A stretch of 64,000 nucleotides of DNA from Entomortierella parvispora E1425. Lineage: Eukaryota; Fungi; Mortierellomycota. Positions 10,601 to 22,737 of this stretch are shown piece by piece (the stretch's first letter is position 1; the number at the start of each line of letters is the position of its first letter). The stretch covers positions 2,046,001 to 2,110,000 of the forward strand of contig BQFW01000001.1 in assembly GCA_020891255.1 (NCBI GenBank). The letters are read 5' to 3'. Below the pieces are notes generated by a model. That model made no database searches and had not been told where the DNA came from. It saw nothing but the letters and a program-made list of their open reading frames with translations. Made by a program: the position numbers and the translations under genes.

Positions 10601-12821
10601 CTTGGGTCGCACCATCGGATCTCGCTTTGCGCGTTCCGGAAGTGGCTCGACTTTGGACTCTCCAACGACACCGACCGCGGCCAATATTTACGGCACATTT
10701 TCAGGACGAGCTCGTCAAGGGTCGCGACCCTCCGCCTACGGCACTTCACCCCCTCTTGGAGCAGAGACAGGCTTGCAGAGCAAGTCCAAGCTTCCTTCTC
10801 CAGGAACCCACTCCAGGGGAGGATCGCGATCCTCCCCCCTTTTGACTCCTCTCACTGGAATTGGACGGAACACGCTGGGCCATGATGGGGATTCCCGAAA
10901 ATTCACTGGTCTGCCGTCTCCAACGGATTATTACGAGGATGATTACAAACCGGATATCCCGTCTCATCGAGTGCAAGCTACTCCCATTCGGACCCAGTTT
11001 CAATATCAGGGACGTCAAGAGTCCAATGTAAAGACTCCTGAATGGCAAGACAGTGATGGGGATCTAATGGAGGCAGAGACGCCAAAGGCCCGAGTGGCGT
11101 CCACGTTGATCAGACGCACGTCTTTGGAAATTCAAAAGGAGCAGCGTCATCAACAGCGACTCCGTATCCAGCAACAGGCACAGGAAGACCGATACGCGTA
11201 CAACGATAATGACGACGATGATGCAGAAGATTATATGAATGCATTCCCGCAACCTCCTCCTAGAGACCAGTTGACCGGTCGGCGCACGTTGCCCTTGTCT
11301 GGCTCCAACCCCACACAGTCCCGATTCCAGGATCCATCTTCTCGGCGTTCAAGCAAGGACAGTAGTCCAACTGTATCCTCAAGAGTGTCTCCTCCTCTGC
11401 CATCGACCCCGACGACCCCAAGGCGACCTCTTTCCACCATCACCAACACCACGGCATCGCGTCGACTGTCCAACACTGCCAATGTGGGTGTGCCCTCTTA
11501 CAATGGTTCTGCTTCAGCATTGCCTCCACCTATGGCTGGATCAGGACTGCCGTTGGGTAGGAGTGCGACTCTTCACGGGCGGTCCACGTCCTCTGGATCG
11601 GCCACTATATCCTCCACCCCTCTGTATTCTCCCTCGGCGACAAGCGCTGGATCTCAAAGATACTCGAGTCTTGGAAGAGCCTCGACCATTCCAGCCTCTC
11701 TTTCCGATGACACCTTGCAACCTCGCCGTCCCCTGACGAGTTCAGTGAGTACAAGCCAGCAGCTGCCGGCACGACGCGCCTCTGGCATTGCCTCGAGTAC
11801 AATTCCACCTTTAGGGGCCGGGAACGGTATGGGTTCAGGACGGCCCGGTCTGTCATCGACCGGATCGATCCGTCGTGCCTCTGGCATCCCTTCATCCGGC
11901 TATTCCTCTGGATCGTTGATCTCACCCTCGAGTAGTAACAATAGCATTGCGAGCAGCAACGGTGTCAATGGTCTTGGCATCACGACGCCCTCCTCGAGAC
12001 GGTCCAACTCGGCTTCCTCGGAATCTGAATACGCTCGAGTGTTTGTCCCGCCTTCTCGCATTTCCACCTTGCCTAGCTCGAATTTCACTAGCAGGAGCGC
12101 GCAGGGTGGCATGTCCATGTCACAGGATTTCGGGTACGGGGATAACGGTAACAGCAACAGTAACACCAACATCAGCCACAGCCGCTACAGCAGTCGAGAG
12201 ACCATTCGTCGCGGGAATGATCTTTTGGACTATTCTGTTGGTGCTGGTGACTACGAGTCCTCTCCTGCCCCCACTTACCGTCATTCGACTGTGGGTTCTG
12301 GCATGAGCTATGGGGGTGCCGGCAACAGTGGTAACGGCAGTCCTGGATCTGCCTATACATATACGCCCGTGGCCCCCGCTCGAAAGTCTTCGCTGAATGC
12401 CTTGGCCCAAGGAAGTCTGGCTGGCAATGGCATGAGCGCAGGAGGCAGTGTGGGTCGACATGCTGGAGGACGCAGCAGCTTGGCTATTCGGAGTGGACTT
12501 GGCTCTGGTGGCGGCCATGGTTCCTTGGCAGATGACAATCAATACAATCCCAACCAGTTCATGCATTCTGGCTCTGCATCCTCTGGATCGGCCCTGCCTT
12601 CTCTTCAGCGTTCCGCTACTACGACAGGTGCTCTCCGAAGCGGATCCGGAAGCTTTGGGTCTTCTGGTGGTGGAGGAAATCGATCGTCGCAGCAGCAGCA
12701 GCAAATATATCAGCCGGCCCAGTATCGTTCTCAATTGCCACAACAACAGCAGCCTTACTCGTCCCAAACCCAGCTTCAGCAACCTCGATACTCTTACCAG
12801 GCCTCGTCTCAGCGATACTAA
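7631..12821 (+). CDS. Large (~1400 aa) low-complexity Ser/Pro/Arg/Gly-rich protein of unknown function
   Basis: Exons 7631-8252, 9164-10267 and 10360-12821. Phase-compatible GT-AG junctions (G|gtaagt...tag|AC and G|gtaatt...tag|AC) with CTAA(T/C) branch points. No recognisable folded domain. Confidence 0.7.
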
Positions 12822-12924
12822 GGCAAATCCCCTTTTACAGCACAGAAAAAAATAAAACAAGCGTTGATATTGCATAAAACCCATGACGCTTCCGAGATGC
12901 ATCTCAAGATAATGATTGATATCT

Positions 12925-14039
12925 TTATTCAAGGCTCACAACGACCTTATGGGGGCTGCTTTCGCCCTCTGGTAAGGTCGTTGATTCTACGACATATCTT
13001 TCAGGGGATCGTATCACTGACTGGAGCATGCTATTCCGCTTGCCTGTTACAGATCCATAGAAACGAGCCGATGACAGCAAGGCTGCTGTGGAGGGTATTA
13101 CGGGTGCCGTCGTTGTGGTGTCTGTTCCTGTGGTTGAGCTGTACCGGTTCCTGAGGGACGGTCTATAGGACCCAGTGATCTCCAGCAACCGGACAATCTG
13201 AACTGCAGCCAAAGCTCCTTCCGAGTCCTGGTCCAAGTTGGTCCAAATCCGAGGAACCTCGTAAAAATCGTCCAAAAAGTCTGTAATCTCGTCCCTGTCA
13301 AACGCATACTTGGACACTGCCGAAACTGTTTGATTTTTTTTTTTTTTTTTTTTTTTTTTCAATGAGGGAGGAAAAAAAAAAAAAAAGACAAAATTGCAAG
13401 GCATCAGCATATTGTTTTCTTGCGATTCCTTTGGTTTTTATCCCTTGGTGTGTTTTTACCTCTAGTGACAACGATGGCACATCGGCCCAAGAACCAGCTT
13501 GGCTCTAATTTCTGAAGCGCTTGCTTGCACCGGTCCCAGGAGCCCTTGTCCGTCATACTGACCATCAACAGGATTAAATCATATCGATTGACAGACAGGG
13601 CTACAGTCGACTCGGAGGCATTTGTGTTGGGTCCAGGTGTTTTTGATGTTGTGTCTCTGCGGGCGAGGGCAGTTGTGGTGGTCGTGTCGCCCTGGTCTTT
13701 GCCAAAAGATTTGAAAACTGAACACGCTGCCGGTAATGACTCGCTTGTCCTGAACTGAATAGAGTTGGTAGAACTGGAGAGGGAACCCGAGATGTTCGTG
13801 GAGTCTTTGTTCTCCTTGTTGGAAGGGTGTATCTCGGAGAGAATCAATGATGCCAGTCTGCGCTTGCCAATGCCTGCATTGCCCACAAGCTGAGTTTGGG
13901 AACATGGAACGGATCATTAGACTCGATTTTTGAATTGAAAAAAAAGGAAAGAAAGAAGAGGAACAAAGGCCACTAGCCCCTCTCAAGAGAAGACACTTGC
14001 CAGTATCGTGGCGACAGATCGAGGAATGTCGAAGTCCAT
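12925..14039 (-). CDS. CENPM: Centromere protein M (CENP-M, small-GTPase-fold kinetochore protein)
   Basis: Exons 14001-14039, 13460-13889 and 12925-13325. The spliced N-terminus ATILLVG matches my recollection of human CENP-M ATILLVG. RTSESLP, RYDLILLMV, EPSWFLGRCAIVVT and QIVRLLEI parallel human LAKSLP, RIDLIVFVV, DASFFLGKVCFLAT and RLVRVLQI. Confidence 0.82.
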
Positions 14040-14681
14040 GATGTAGAGTTGAAGGAGAGCAGAGATGCAGTGCGGGAGGACAAAAATGATTTTGCCACCA
14101 AATAACGCGATTTTGTGTTTTTTCCTTTTTTTTTTTTTTTTTTTTTTTTTTGGAGTGAGGGGCATTCTGTCCTGAACGAAACAGACAAACAGACGTACTG
14201 TAAACATCGAATTTTCCTGGCTACTACTGCAGTTCAAGCAACAAGATTCAGACAACCAAAAGGTTTCTTTATGAATAGCTGACAGGGTGTGTGGTTGTTG
14301 GCGCAAGGCGCATGAGGTGGGTGGAATGATGGTTCTAAGAAATAAAGCAAGCAAGAGAAGGAAAAAAAAGGAATCACCGAGCGAAAACGAAAGACCTGGG
14401 GGCTGAACAAACCTCGGTCGAAAGCAAAGAAATCAATGAAGAAAAAAAAAAGAAAACAATATCGTACAAAGAGCAAGTGAGTAGAGTTGAAGGGGTGATG
14501 GATGTGCTGCAGAATGTAGTGTTGTAAAAAAAAAGAGTCGTGGTTGAGTCGTTGGAGAAAGAACTGCCCGCAGCATTGCTTTTCTCTTAAAAGCTTGTCT
14601 GCCAAGGAGTACGCTTGTTCTATCGGCCAGATATGTTCATAATCCTTGATGGGGAATAGGGTATCGCGAGGATTGGCTTCC

Positions 14682-17600
14682 TCAAAGTGGGAGCTCCACG
14701 GAGGACGACGGGACGGCAGCTACACCGCCTTCGTCCTCGTCGTCATCACCTTCCAGGTCCCCTTCGTCATCATCGTCACCTTCCCCGTACTTGACGTCCT
14801 CCTCATCATCAACCTCAACATCACCATAGTCCATAGCTGATGATTTGCTGGAGCTTTTAGCGGGATGAGACGAAGGAGCGGAGCCTGGCTTTTGTGCTGA
14901 TGAGGAAAGTCCCGTGACGCCTTTGAGAGCTGCTGCTGGTACCGTTGGAAGAGTGCCATCCGCACCGGTAACAATCACATGCGACACAGAGGTCCTGGAT
15001 CCATTGACAAGAGCCACAGTGCTAGAAGTTATAGAGCGATCTTCCTTTGGCTGTTTCTTGAAAAGCTTGGCCATGTAATCTCGGACAAAGCGCTTGATCT
15101 TGTTCTTGATGGCCGGCGTCAGTTCCGTCAACTCTCCTGCCTTGAATGATTTTGACCGCATCTCCTTGTCCGCAATCAAATGGGTAATCTATAAGGAAAT
15201 ATTGGTTAAATAAATCAGTATCAGTACAGGTCGCCGGTATGGGTGAAGTAAGAGAGCACCAACATTAAAACAGATCTTTACCCTGCGAGCGTGTTTCTTG
15301 AATGCTTCGCTGGATCCGAGCTTGATCTTGTACTTGGCCATGTTTTTGACGACTGCTCCAGACAACTGTTGAATAGAGAAGATTGAGGTCAGCATACATG
15401 TACCCATCTCAAAAAAAAGCATACGAAAAATTTATACCAACTTACAGCAGCCTTCAGGTCCTTTTCTCCCATCTGTTTGAGAGGCTTGCCGCTACTGGAC
15501 CTTGCCAATGAAGGCGAATGTGCGCCTGACGCCCGATTGCGAGGGGAATCAACATCGTGAACACTGGCGCTAGCACTATTGATGCCATTAGCGAGATTCT
15601 TCTGCTTTTGCTTGTCGTAAGCCCGGCCAATAACCTCCTGGATCTGCTCCTGAGTGAAGCCATCGATATTAACAGGTTTTCGGGGTTCAGGAGAAGGAGC
15701 CCTGACTGCAACCACTGGTTGGTGCGGTTGGTGAAGAGGCTGATGTACGTTACGAGGCGCAGGATAAGAAGCTCCTGTGGTCAGTGGGGCAGTCGAGGGA
15801 GGCACGGCTGCTGCTGCAGATTCCAAGACTGGAGGCTCCCATTGAGTTGCTCGCGTGATCTCATTGTAGTAGTATACGCGTCCTTCGGGATCACTGGCCT
15901 TGGACCAGTTTGGTGGCAGCTCTACAGGCGGTGGTGGAGGGACTGCAGTCGCTGGGTACACGCGTGAGCTTGCACGGTAATCGTGCCGGGACTTGGGGTA
16001 ATGGGGGTAACTGGAGGAGCTATGACGATGGTACTGAGATTGATAGTCTCTTCCGCTTCCATGACTGCCATATCTGTAATGAGAGTAGTCACCGTGACCA
16101 CCGCTACCTCGATGATGAAGGTCGTTTGCAGCCATCGGAGGCCCGGAAGTCGAGGGAGAACTCGTCAGACGCTGATCTCCAGTGGTAGGAATGGCGTCCT
16201 GCTGGTCACCTGCACTCTTCTGAGCCAAGTGAGAAACAACACTCAATTCAGGTGCAAGCTGGGTCGCAGATGCAGCCGAAGATAGGTTGCCCGCTCGAGC
16301 AGAAGAGTCATCAGTAACAACTGCCTGAGCATCGGATGGTGCAAGCTGAATTGCTGATCCACTTCCAAGGGGTGCGGCGATTCCAGTAGATTCCGTTGGT
16401 TGATGTCCAGCATCGACCGCTTCATTTTCCTTCGAGGGCGACAGGGAACGCGATCTGTCTCCCGCCCAACTGCTCTGTCTTGTGGATGCCGATGGTGAGC
16501 GTTCACGTGGAAGGCCAGGGCCGGGCGACAAATCCCTGTCCCTGTTGCGAGGAGATGGTGGGGTTGGATTAAAACGTCCAGGCTCACGGTAGTCTCTGTG
16601 ATCTCGATCCCGATCGTCCCGAAGGCTCCTAGAGTCTCGGGGATCGCGCAGTTCACGATGACTTCTGTACTCGCGGTCATAATCTCTCTCGCGGTAGTAA
16701 TCGTAATACCTATCGCGCTCGCGTTCGCGATCTCGATCACTTCGGTAGTGCTCATACCCTCCTCGTTCATAATGCGATTTTGGAATGGCATATGGGTCGC
16801 CTCTTCCGAAAGAGTCGGATCGACCATATGAGGCTTCAGATGGTCGTCTATAAGCGCCTTCGCGGCCATGAGGTTCAGAACGTCCATATGCATCCAAGCG
16901 AGTGTCCCTGCTTTCGCGGTCGTAGCCTTCACCCACCCGACCATAAGATTCTGGTTGACGATGCGATTCTGGTCGTCCGTAGTAATCTGGAGAGTCGAAA
17001 GCGTAATTGTGATACTTGGAAGTCTGATCGGAGGGTGTTGCCAAAGTGTTGGTGTCGTCTGTTGCTGATTGACCAGGGGGCACATCGAACCTGCTTCGCT
17101 TTTCCATACCAGCAGGGGTTGATGACCTGTCTTCGTCATCATACTGCCTTTTGCCCAGTCCCTCTGCAGACCCAGAGCCAACGCTTTCGGAAGGCGACAT
17201 GAAGCTGTTGGGCTCATCCACCGGAGTACTGACCACATCCGCCAAGGCACTTACAGGCTAAAGAGAAGAGCACACAATGAGAGCTGTAAGTAAAAATCCA
17301 AAGAGACATCATATGTTTGATAAGTCCTGGCAATAATTCAGTACCTGCTTCTTTGCTTTTGGAATACGATATGACGGCTTCAACTCCTTCCATTGGGCAA
17401 GAACAGCAAGCGCCATTTCTTTGGAAGGGCAATCGGGTCCCTCGGCGATCTCCTGTATCGCCTCCTCAATTTGTGAATCCTCGATGGCATTCCTTGACAG
17501 CAGCGGAATGTTTGGTAAGACATACATAATGCCGGTGATAATGTCCGGCTCATCCTTGTAATGCTTAAGCCAGGCTTTCAGGATAACAAGTCCGTGAAGC

Positions 17601-19788
17601 ACCAAGAAGCGTCTTAAGCAAGCTCGTTCCGTCGTAGCCATCAATTTGGCCAGCAGTCGCTTGCTCTTCTGGATTTTTGGCTTCATGAACATGATACGGG
17701 CCAGCTTTTCCATGAGAATTGGATCTTCAATGCCTCGAGTGATCTTCTTTTCCTCATAAGGATCCTCATAGTCGCCATCGTTTCCCTTCTCCTTCTTTGG
17801 GTGACGAAGGCTGATCTGGTTTTCAAGATCAATCTCGTCTTCATCTTCAACTTCATCGAGGTTATAGTCGTCGAGTCTAGTCGCTGAGGATCTTTTGTTT
17901 CCTCCGATAAACCCAGTGCAGTTGGGTTCCCCACAATAGCACTTTTGTGCCTCGGCACTAAAAGATCAAGTGTTTTTTTAAAACAAATGTTGGTCAGTCG
18001 ACATGATGACGGAAAGAATCTCCGTGTAATTGCATGTTGAGAGGCAAAGTTGTGCTTACCCATATCGCTCAAACTGGTAATCGAAGGTGAGCTCCTCGCC
18101 CTCTGCTACTCGTTTGATGGTGAAGATACCGATTCTCAGCTTCGATCCAACGACCCACTTCTCCAGATGGCAGTTGGGGTTACATGAGTGATTGATGAAT
18201 CTAGCGAGACATCCCTTTTTCGTAGCATCGATAACCTCATCCGATTGAAGCGACATGAAGTAAAAATGTTCGACGCCGGCCTGTGAGTACTCCCGAGTCC
18301 TTTTGACAAAGCTTGCATGTGGTAGGACCTCGCCGATATACTCCATAACGAACGAACCACTAAAAAATCAGTTTTTTGCCATGCCCTGCGTTAGCAAGAA
18401 TAACACAGTAACAGTGCAACAGTGAAAAAACAACAGTGATCACTTACGCAGGAAGACCTTCCATGGCACGAAGACCAAAGCCTTTCTTTTCCGTTTTAAT
18501 GACATCCACTGGTGAATTTTGCTTCATTTGAAACCTATCAACAAAGCCAGCAGCGTTAGAATTCACCATACGAGCCTTGTTCTTACCTCTCGCTCACGCA
18601 CTGTTGCAAAATTTTCCAAGTGATTTCTAAGATGGGAAGTTTGGGCCTTACCTCCTATTGAGACAGTACGAGCCGCAGGGGCAGTCGTCTTCAATGCACT
18701 CCACCAACAGATTGCGGTTGATGCAGTCAGGTCCACAAGCTTTCCACCTTGGATCCCGATCTACACAGGTATCATTTTTGAGAGATAACTGCTATTAGTC
18801 ATAATGAAGAAAAAAGCCAAGCTCATGTGACACCCAGTTGCCAAGTGGCGATCCCTGAGCACTTACGTGGATTGTATTTGCACTGGCATGGCAGACAATC
18901 GTCTACAGGCGAATTTCCAGTGTTCGTTCCGCGGTAGATATTGTCTTCAATTTGCAAGTAAGAGCTCTGAGCTTCCTCCAGAGCCGAGGGAAGGTGTTTG
19001 ATGGAGGGTGGACCGGTCGGCGGTGGCGGTGGTGGAGGTACTTGAAGCTTGCGTTTGTGTGCTTGTCCTTCCTGGTCATCATCATCATCATCATCGATGC
19101 GGATTTCTTCGTCTTCAGAGTCATACGGCTTGCTACCGAGATAGCCATGACCATTGGTTGAGGCATCACTGCTCGCATTTCCTTGGGCTCCGTCAGCTCT
19201 CTGATGATCTTGAATATCCTCGAAGCCTGCATCAAACTCCTCTCTGAGCTTTTGTTGATACTGTCGCTCCGACTCATTCAGTACAATCTTGTCCGATCCT
19301 TGGTCACCCTTGTCAAAGTCAAACAGTCGAGAGAGCGGAATTGGGCTAGAGATCTCAAGCTTTTCCATTCGCTCGATCTTTGGGGACCCCAATGCCTCTG
19401 CCTTTTGGGTGCTAGAAGGGTCAGCGCTACTCGATTCAATCACCGAGTCGGATGCATGGAGGGAGGCTAATGAGGTGCATATTTCTATCCAGTTCAAAAA
19501 TATAAGTGCTGTAAGTTGACGAGGCTAGAGTCTTGCGTAAAAATAACAATGGGATGGTGCCGTACCAGGTTCTTCTCTCTTGAGTTCTGGGATGATATTG
19601 CTGAACCCTGTTTCCTTGGCATGTTCGATGGTCATTATGGCGTCGCTTATTGACGAAGAAGGGGAGGTTGATGTTGACGTGGACGCTGAGGAAGGTCCTG
19701 CCGAGCTGTCTGCGGATCCAGCTACGACAGCTTGCCGCATGCGGTCGCCCTCCAGATTTGTGTTATTGCTGTGCAGACTGGGCAGCAT
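14682..19788 (-). CDS. SET2: Histone H3K36 methyltransferase Set2
   Basis: AWS Cys motifs (CLPCQC, CINRNLLVECIEDDCPCGSYC); SET domain (FVMEYIGEV, IDATKKGCLARFINHSCNPNC, EELTFDYQFERY); post-SET CYCGEPNC; WW domain (LPPNWSKASDPEGRVYYYNEITRATQWEPP); C-terminal SRI (KIKRFVRDYMAKL). Start codon position is less certain. Confidence 0.95.
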
Positions 19789-20517
19789 GGGATATCAAGC
19801 AGTCTCCAAGCAAGACGTTGTGAAAGAGACAATTCTGATACTAGAGAGAATGGATGACATGCAGCAAAATGAGTAAGCCTGTGGAATAGCACATGGAAAT
19901 CAAGAGTCGGTCAGGGTGATGTTGGTAATCATATGACGCTGGTCAATCTCTGTTACGAGACTCTGTCAGCGATGTCTGATGAATCCGAATCCTTGCAAGT
20001 GACATCACTGTCAAGTCTGTTTGCTTGCAACCTCCTGCAAACCTTGTCCTGCTTCAAGAGTCCTCTGATCCGTGAACTCTGCACAGCTTGCATCACCAAG
20101 GCAACCGAACAGGCCTTTGGCGTGAAGAATCAGACGCCCCCTCCAAGACAAATAGGGCACTAGCGATGAGATCCCCGAGTGATTGATTGAAGGCACCAAG
20201 ATTCTCTCCACAAGCATTACCTTGGATGGATACGCCGATAAATAACGGGGATGTTGGTCTCTGGTTGATTACAATGCACGAGGTGGGATGACAGCGTGGA
20301 TGGCGAGGGCTGATTGGGTTGAGTTGCGAGCTGGGTTGTGGGTTGGCTTTGGCTTTGGTTAATATACAGCGTGCTCGTTGTCCCGAGGTGCGGATCCTGT
20401 GAGAAAGGATGAATTGGTCCCGAGGCGTGGCGAGGAAGAAGAGAGGCGCTCTTGGCTTGGTTACGGATTCTTGACTCGACACTGAAAGCAAAGAAAGGAT
20501 GAATAAAAAATGAATGA

Positions 20518-20569
20518 ATGGATGGATGGATGGATGGATGGATGGATGGATGGATGGATGGATGGATGG
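20518..20569 (+). repeat. (ATGG)13 tetranucleotide microsatellite
   Basis: Read directly from the sequence; lies upstream of SET2. Confidence 0.95.
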
Positions 20570-21333
20570 GATGGAGAGGAGAAGGAGGGAAGGGGGGAGA
20601 GGGAGAGGGAGAGGGAGAGAGACGAGCGGAGACAGAAGAAAGAGCGACCAACAGAGGCGGAAAACAACAGGCCGGCGTGTGTGTGTGCAAATGTGTGCAG
20701 GAGGGTGGTTGTGTGCAGTGTCGCGGTGCAGCGCACTGCAGCCAAAAGTGATGTTTGGACGACCCACGGCTGTCTGGCGGACTGAGTGAATGAATCAATC
20801 AATCAATCCAAAAAAGAAAAAAAAAGGGTCTTTCACAACGTGGGAGGCGTCCCAAGGTCGTCCGTCTCTTTGATTGTCCCTTCGCTCCCTCTCTTCCCTT
20901 GCTCGCTTGCTCACACACACCTTCTGTCCCTCTTTCCGTCTGTTTGTCTGTCTATTTATCTATCGTCTCCATCAGTCCATATTCATCTGCCTACCTCACT
21001 GCCGGACCGCACGTCTCTGTCTTCCTGTGGGGGGGAAGAGGGGGGCAATGAAACCTCCACCCTCTCTTACGTGCGTCCGTCCACTCTCCGCCAAAAAAAA
21101 AGGGGGGAGCAAACGAGAGAAGAGGGGGGGAGAACGTCGTGCATTCTTCCAGCCGTTCATCTTTCATGCAATAGCTCATCCACCTCATCATTGCTCTCTC
21201 TCCTCTCACTTCATTCGTTCCATCCACAGCTCTTTCTCTGGGTGCTCTGTTGCCACCACTTTCTTTTTTTTTTTCTTTTTTTTTTTTTTTTGTTTCTTTT
21301 TTGGGGCTGTGACTGCGCAACTTTTTATTGATA

Positions 21334-22584
21334 TCATGAGCTTTTTGCTGGCGCGTCGCTTCCAAAGCCAGGCGGACCTCCGAGATATCCAGGCTGCCCT
21401 GTGCTGGTAGGAGGGCCCGGGAAGCTGGCAAAGCCTTGTGGAGGCTGGGACGGGTGTGGATGAGAATACTGGTGGAGGTGCTGGTTTAGGTGCGGAGGCT
21501 GATTCAAATGTTGCTGGTGAAGAGGGAGAGGGTAGCCTCCATATGGAAATTGGCCGTTGCCCTGAACAAACCCAGCGCCGCCTCCAAACCCACGTTGTTG
21601 GTTAAAGCCTTGACCATACCCCTGCTGACCGAACCCGCCGCCATAGGCTAAAAACAAAGACAGTTTAGTGGGGCGGATGATCGAGTGGCAAATTGTTGAT
21701 GTGCGCGTGTCACTTCATTTTTCCCGCCAATTTTTAGCTCCCGCCATTTTTTTTTTTTTTTTTTTTTTTTTTGTGTGCTTGAGTAAGTCGAAGCCATATG
21801 GAAAAAAGGGATGGAAAGAACGAGACTTACCGCTGGGACCTCCAAAACCACCATACCCTTCATTTCTTCCAAAACGAGGACCTCTAGTAATAAGAGGATT
21901 TCGGACGCAAGTTAGTATTGCAAGACCCTCGATCAATTCAAATCACAGGGGACTATGCAAAAGTCGATTTTACCCAAACACTTGACGACCTGCGTTGGGG
22001 TCTCCTTGAACAGGGGCACCATTGGGCCCGGTAACGTTGGCGGCTTGCATTCCTTTGGGCCCAGGGACGACATCATACTCCACTATCTCGCCCTGTGACA
22101 AGAGAAACGTAAGCAAAGGGTTAAGGGATGACTCTCTTTGCCAAGGTGGCAATCGTGGACTTTTGATATCATTGAGAGGGAAGATGAGGAGAGCGATTAA
22201 ACAACATATTGGTACCTCGGCAAGGCTCTTAAATCCGCCGTTATTATGGATAGCAGTGTGGTGGACAAAGACTGGGGCAAACATTCAAGGAAAACAACAA
22301 AAATAACAGTGAGCCAAGCTCCTCTCTACTCTCATTGAACCCTTCCCCCCACTTCCATCTGTGGAGGTTTTCGCGAGTCAGGGCCGTGGTGCTGCGTACA
22401 TATTGAGATAATACCAAGTGCGATCCAACCTAGAGCGGCTAGAGAGTGAACAGTAAAGATAAAAAAACTTACCTTCCTTAGTAGGTGAGGCCTCAGTGCT
22501 CTCGGAGTCTATGATAAAGCCAAAGCCTTTCTGGCTGTTGAAGAACTTTACGCGTCCTGTCTTGCGAGTTGTTACGGCCGACAT
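21334..22584 (-). CDS. Cold-shock domain (Y-box/CSD) RNA-binding protein with Gly/Gln/Pro-rich tail
   Basis: RNP1 ([15 protein letters not shown]), RNP2 (VFVHHTAI) and [30 protein letters not shown]; five exons with phase-consistent GT-AG junctions. Confidence 0.9.
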
Positions 22585-22737
22585 TGCGAATGTAGAGAGC
22601 GATGAATGAGAAGAGGTTGGCGAACCATTTGTTGGAGAAAAGGGAACAAATAAAACTGGAGTCACGTGGAGTTCTTGAGTTTTAAGTCTTTTTTATTATT
22701 TCTCGCGCGAGAAGACTGCAGCGCTTGCACCTTGCAC

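Noticed and set aside
16243-17250. 335-codon +1-frame ORF overlapping SET2
   Set aside because: Stops in the +1 frame need Leu/Val/Ile/Met codons ending TA or TG in the main frame. This disordered R/D/E/S-rich region is depleted of them, so a long open frame is expected by chance.
20093-21431. Several long ORFs around the (ATGG)n and CT/GA-rich tracts
   Set aside because: Products of microsatellites and low-complexity leader DNA (IHPS, MDGW repeats).
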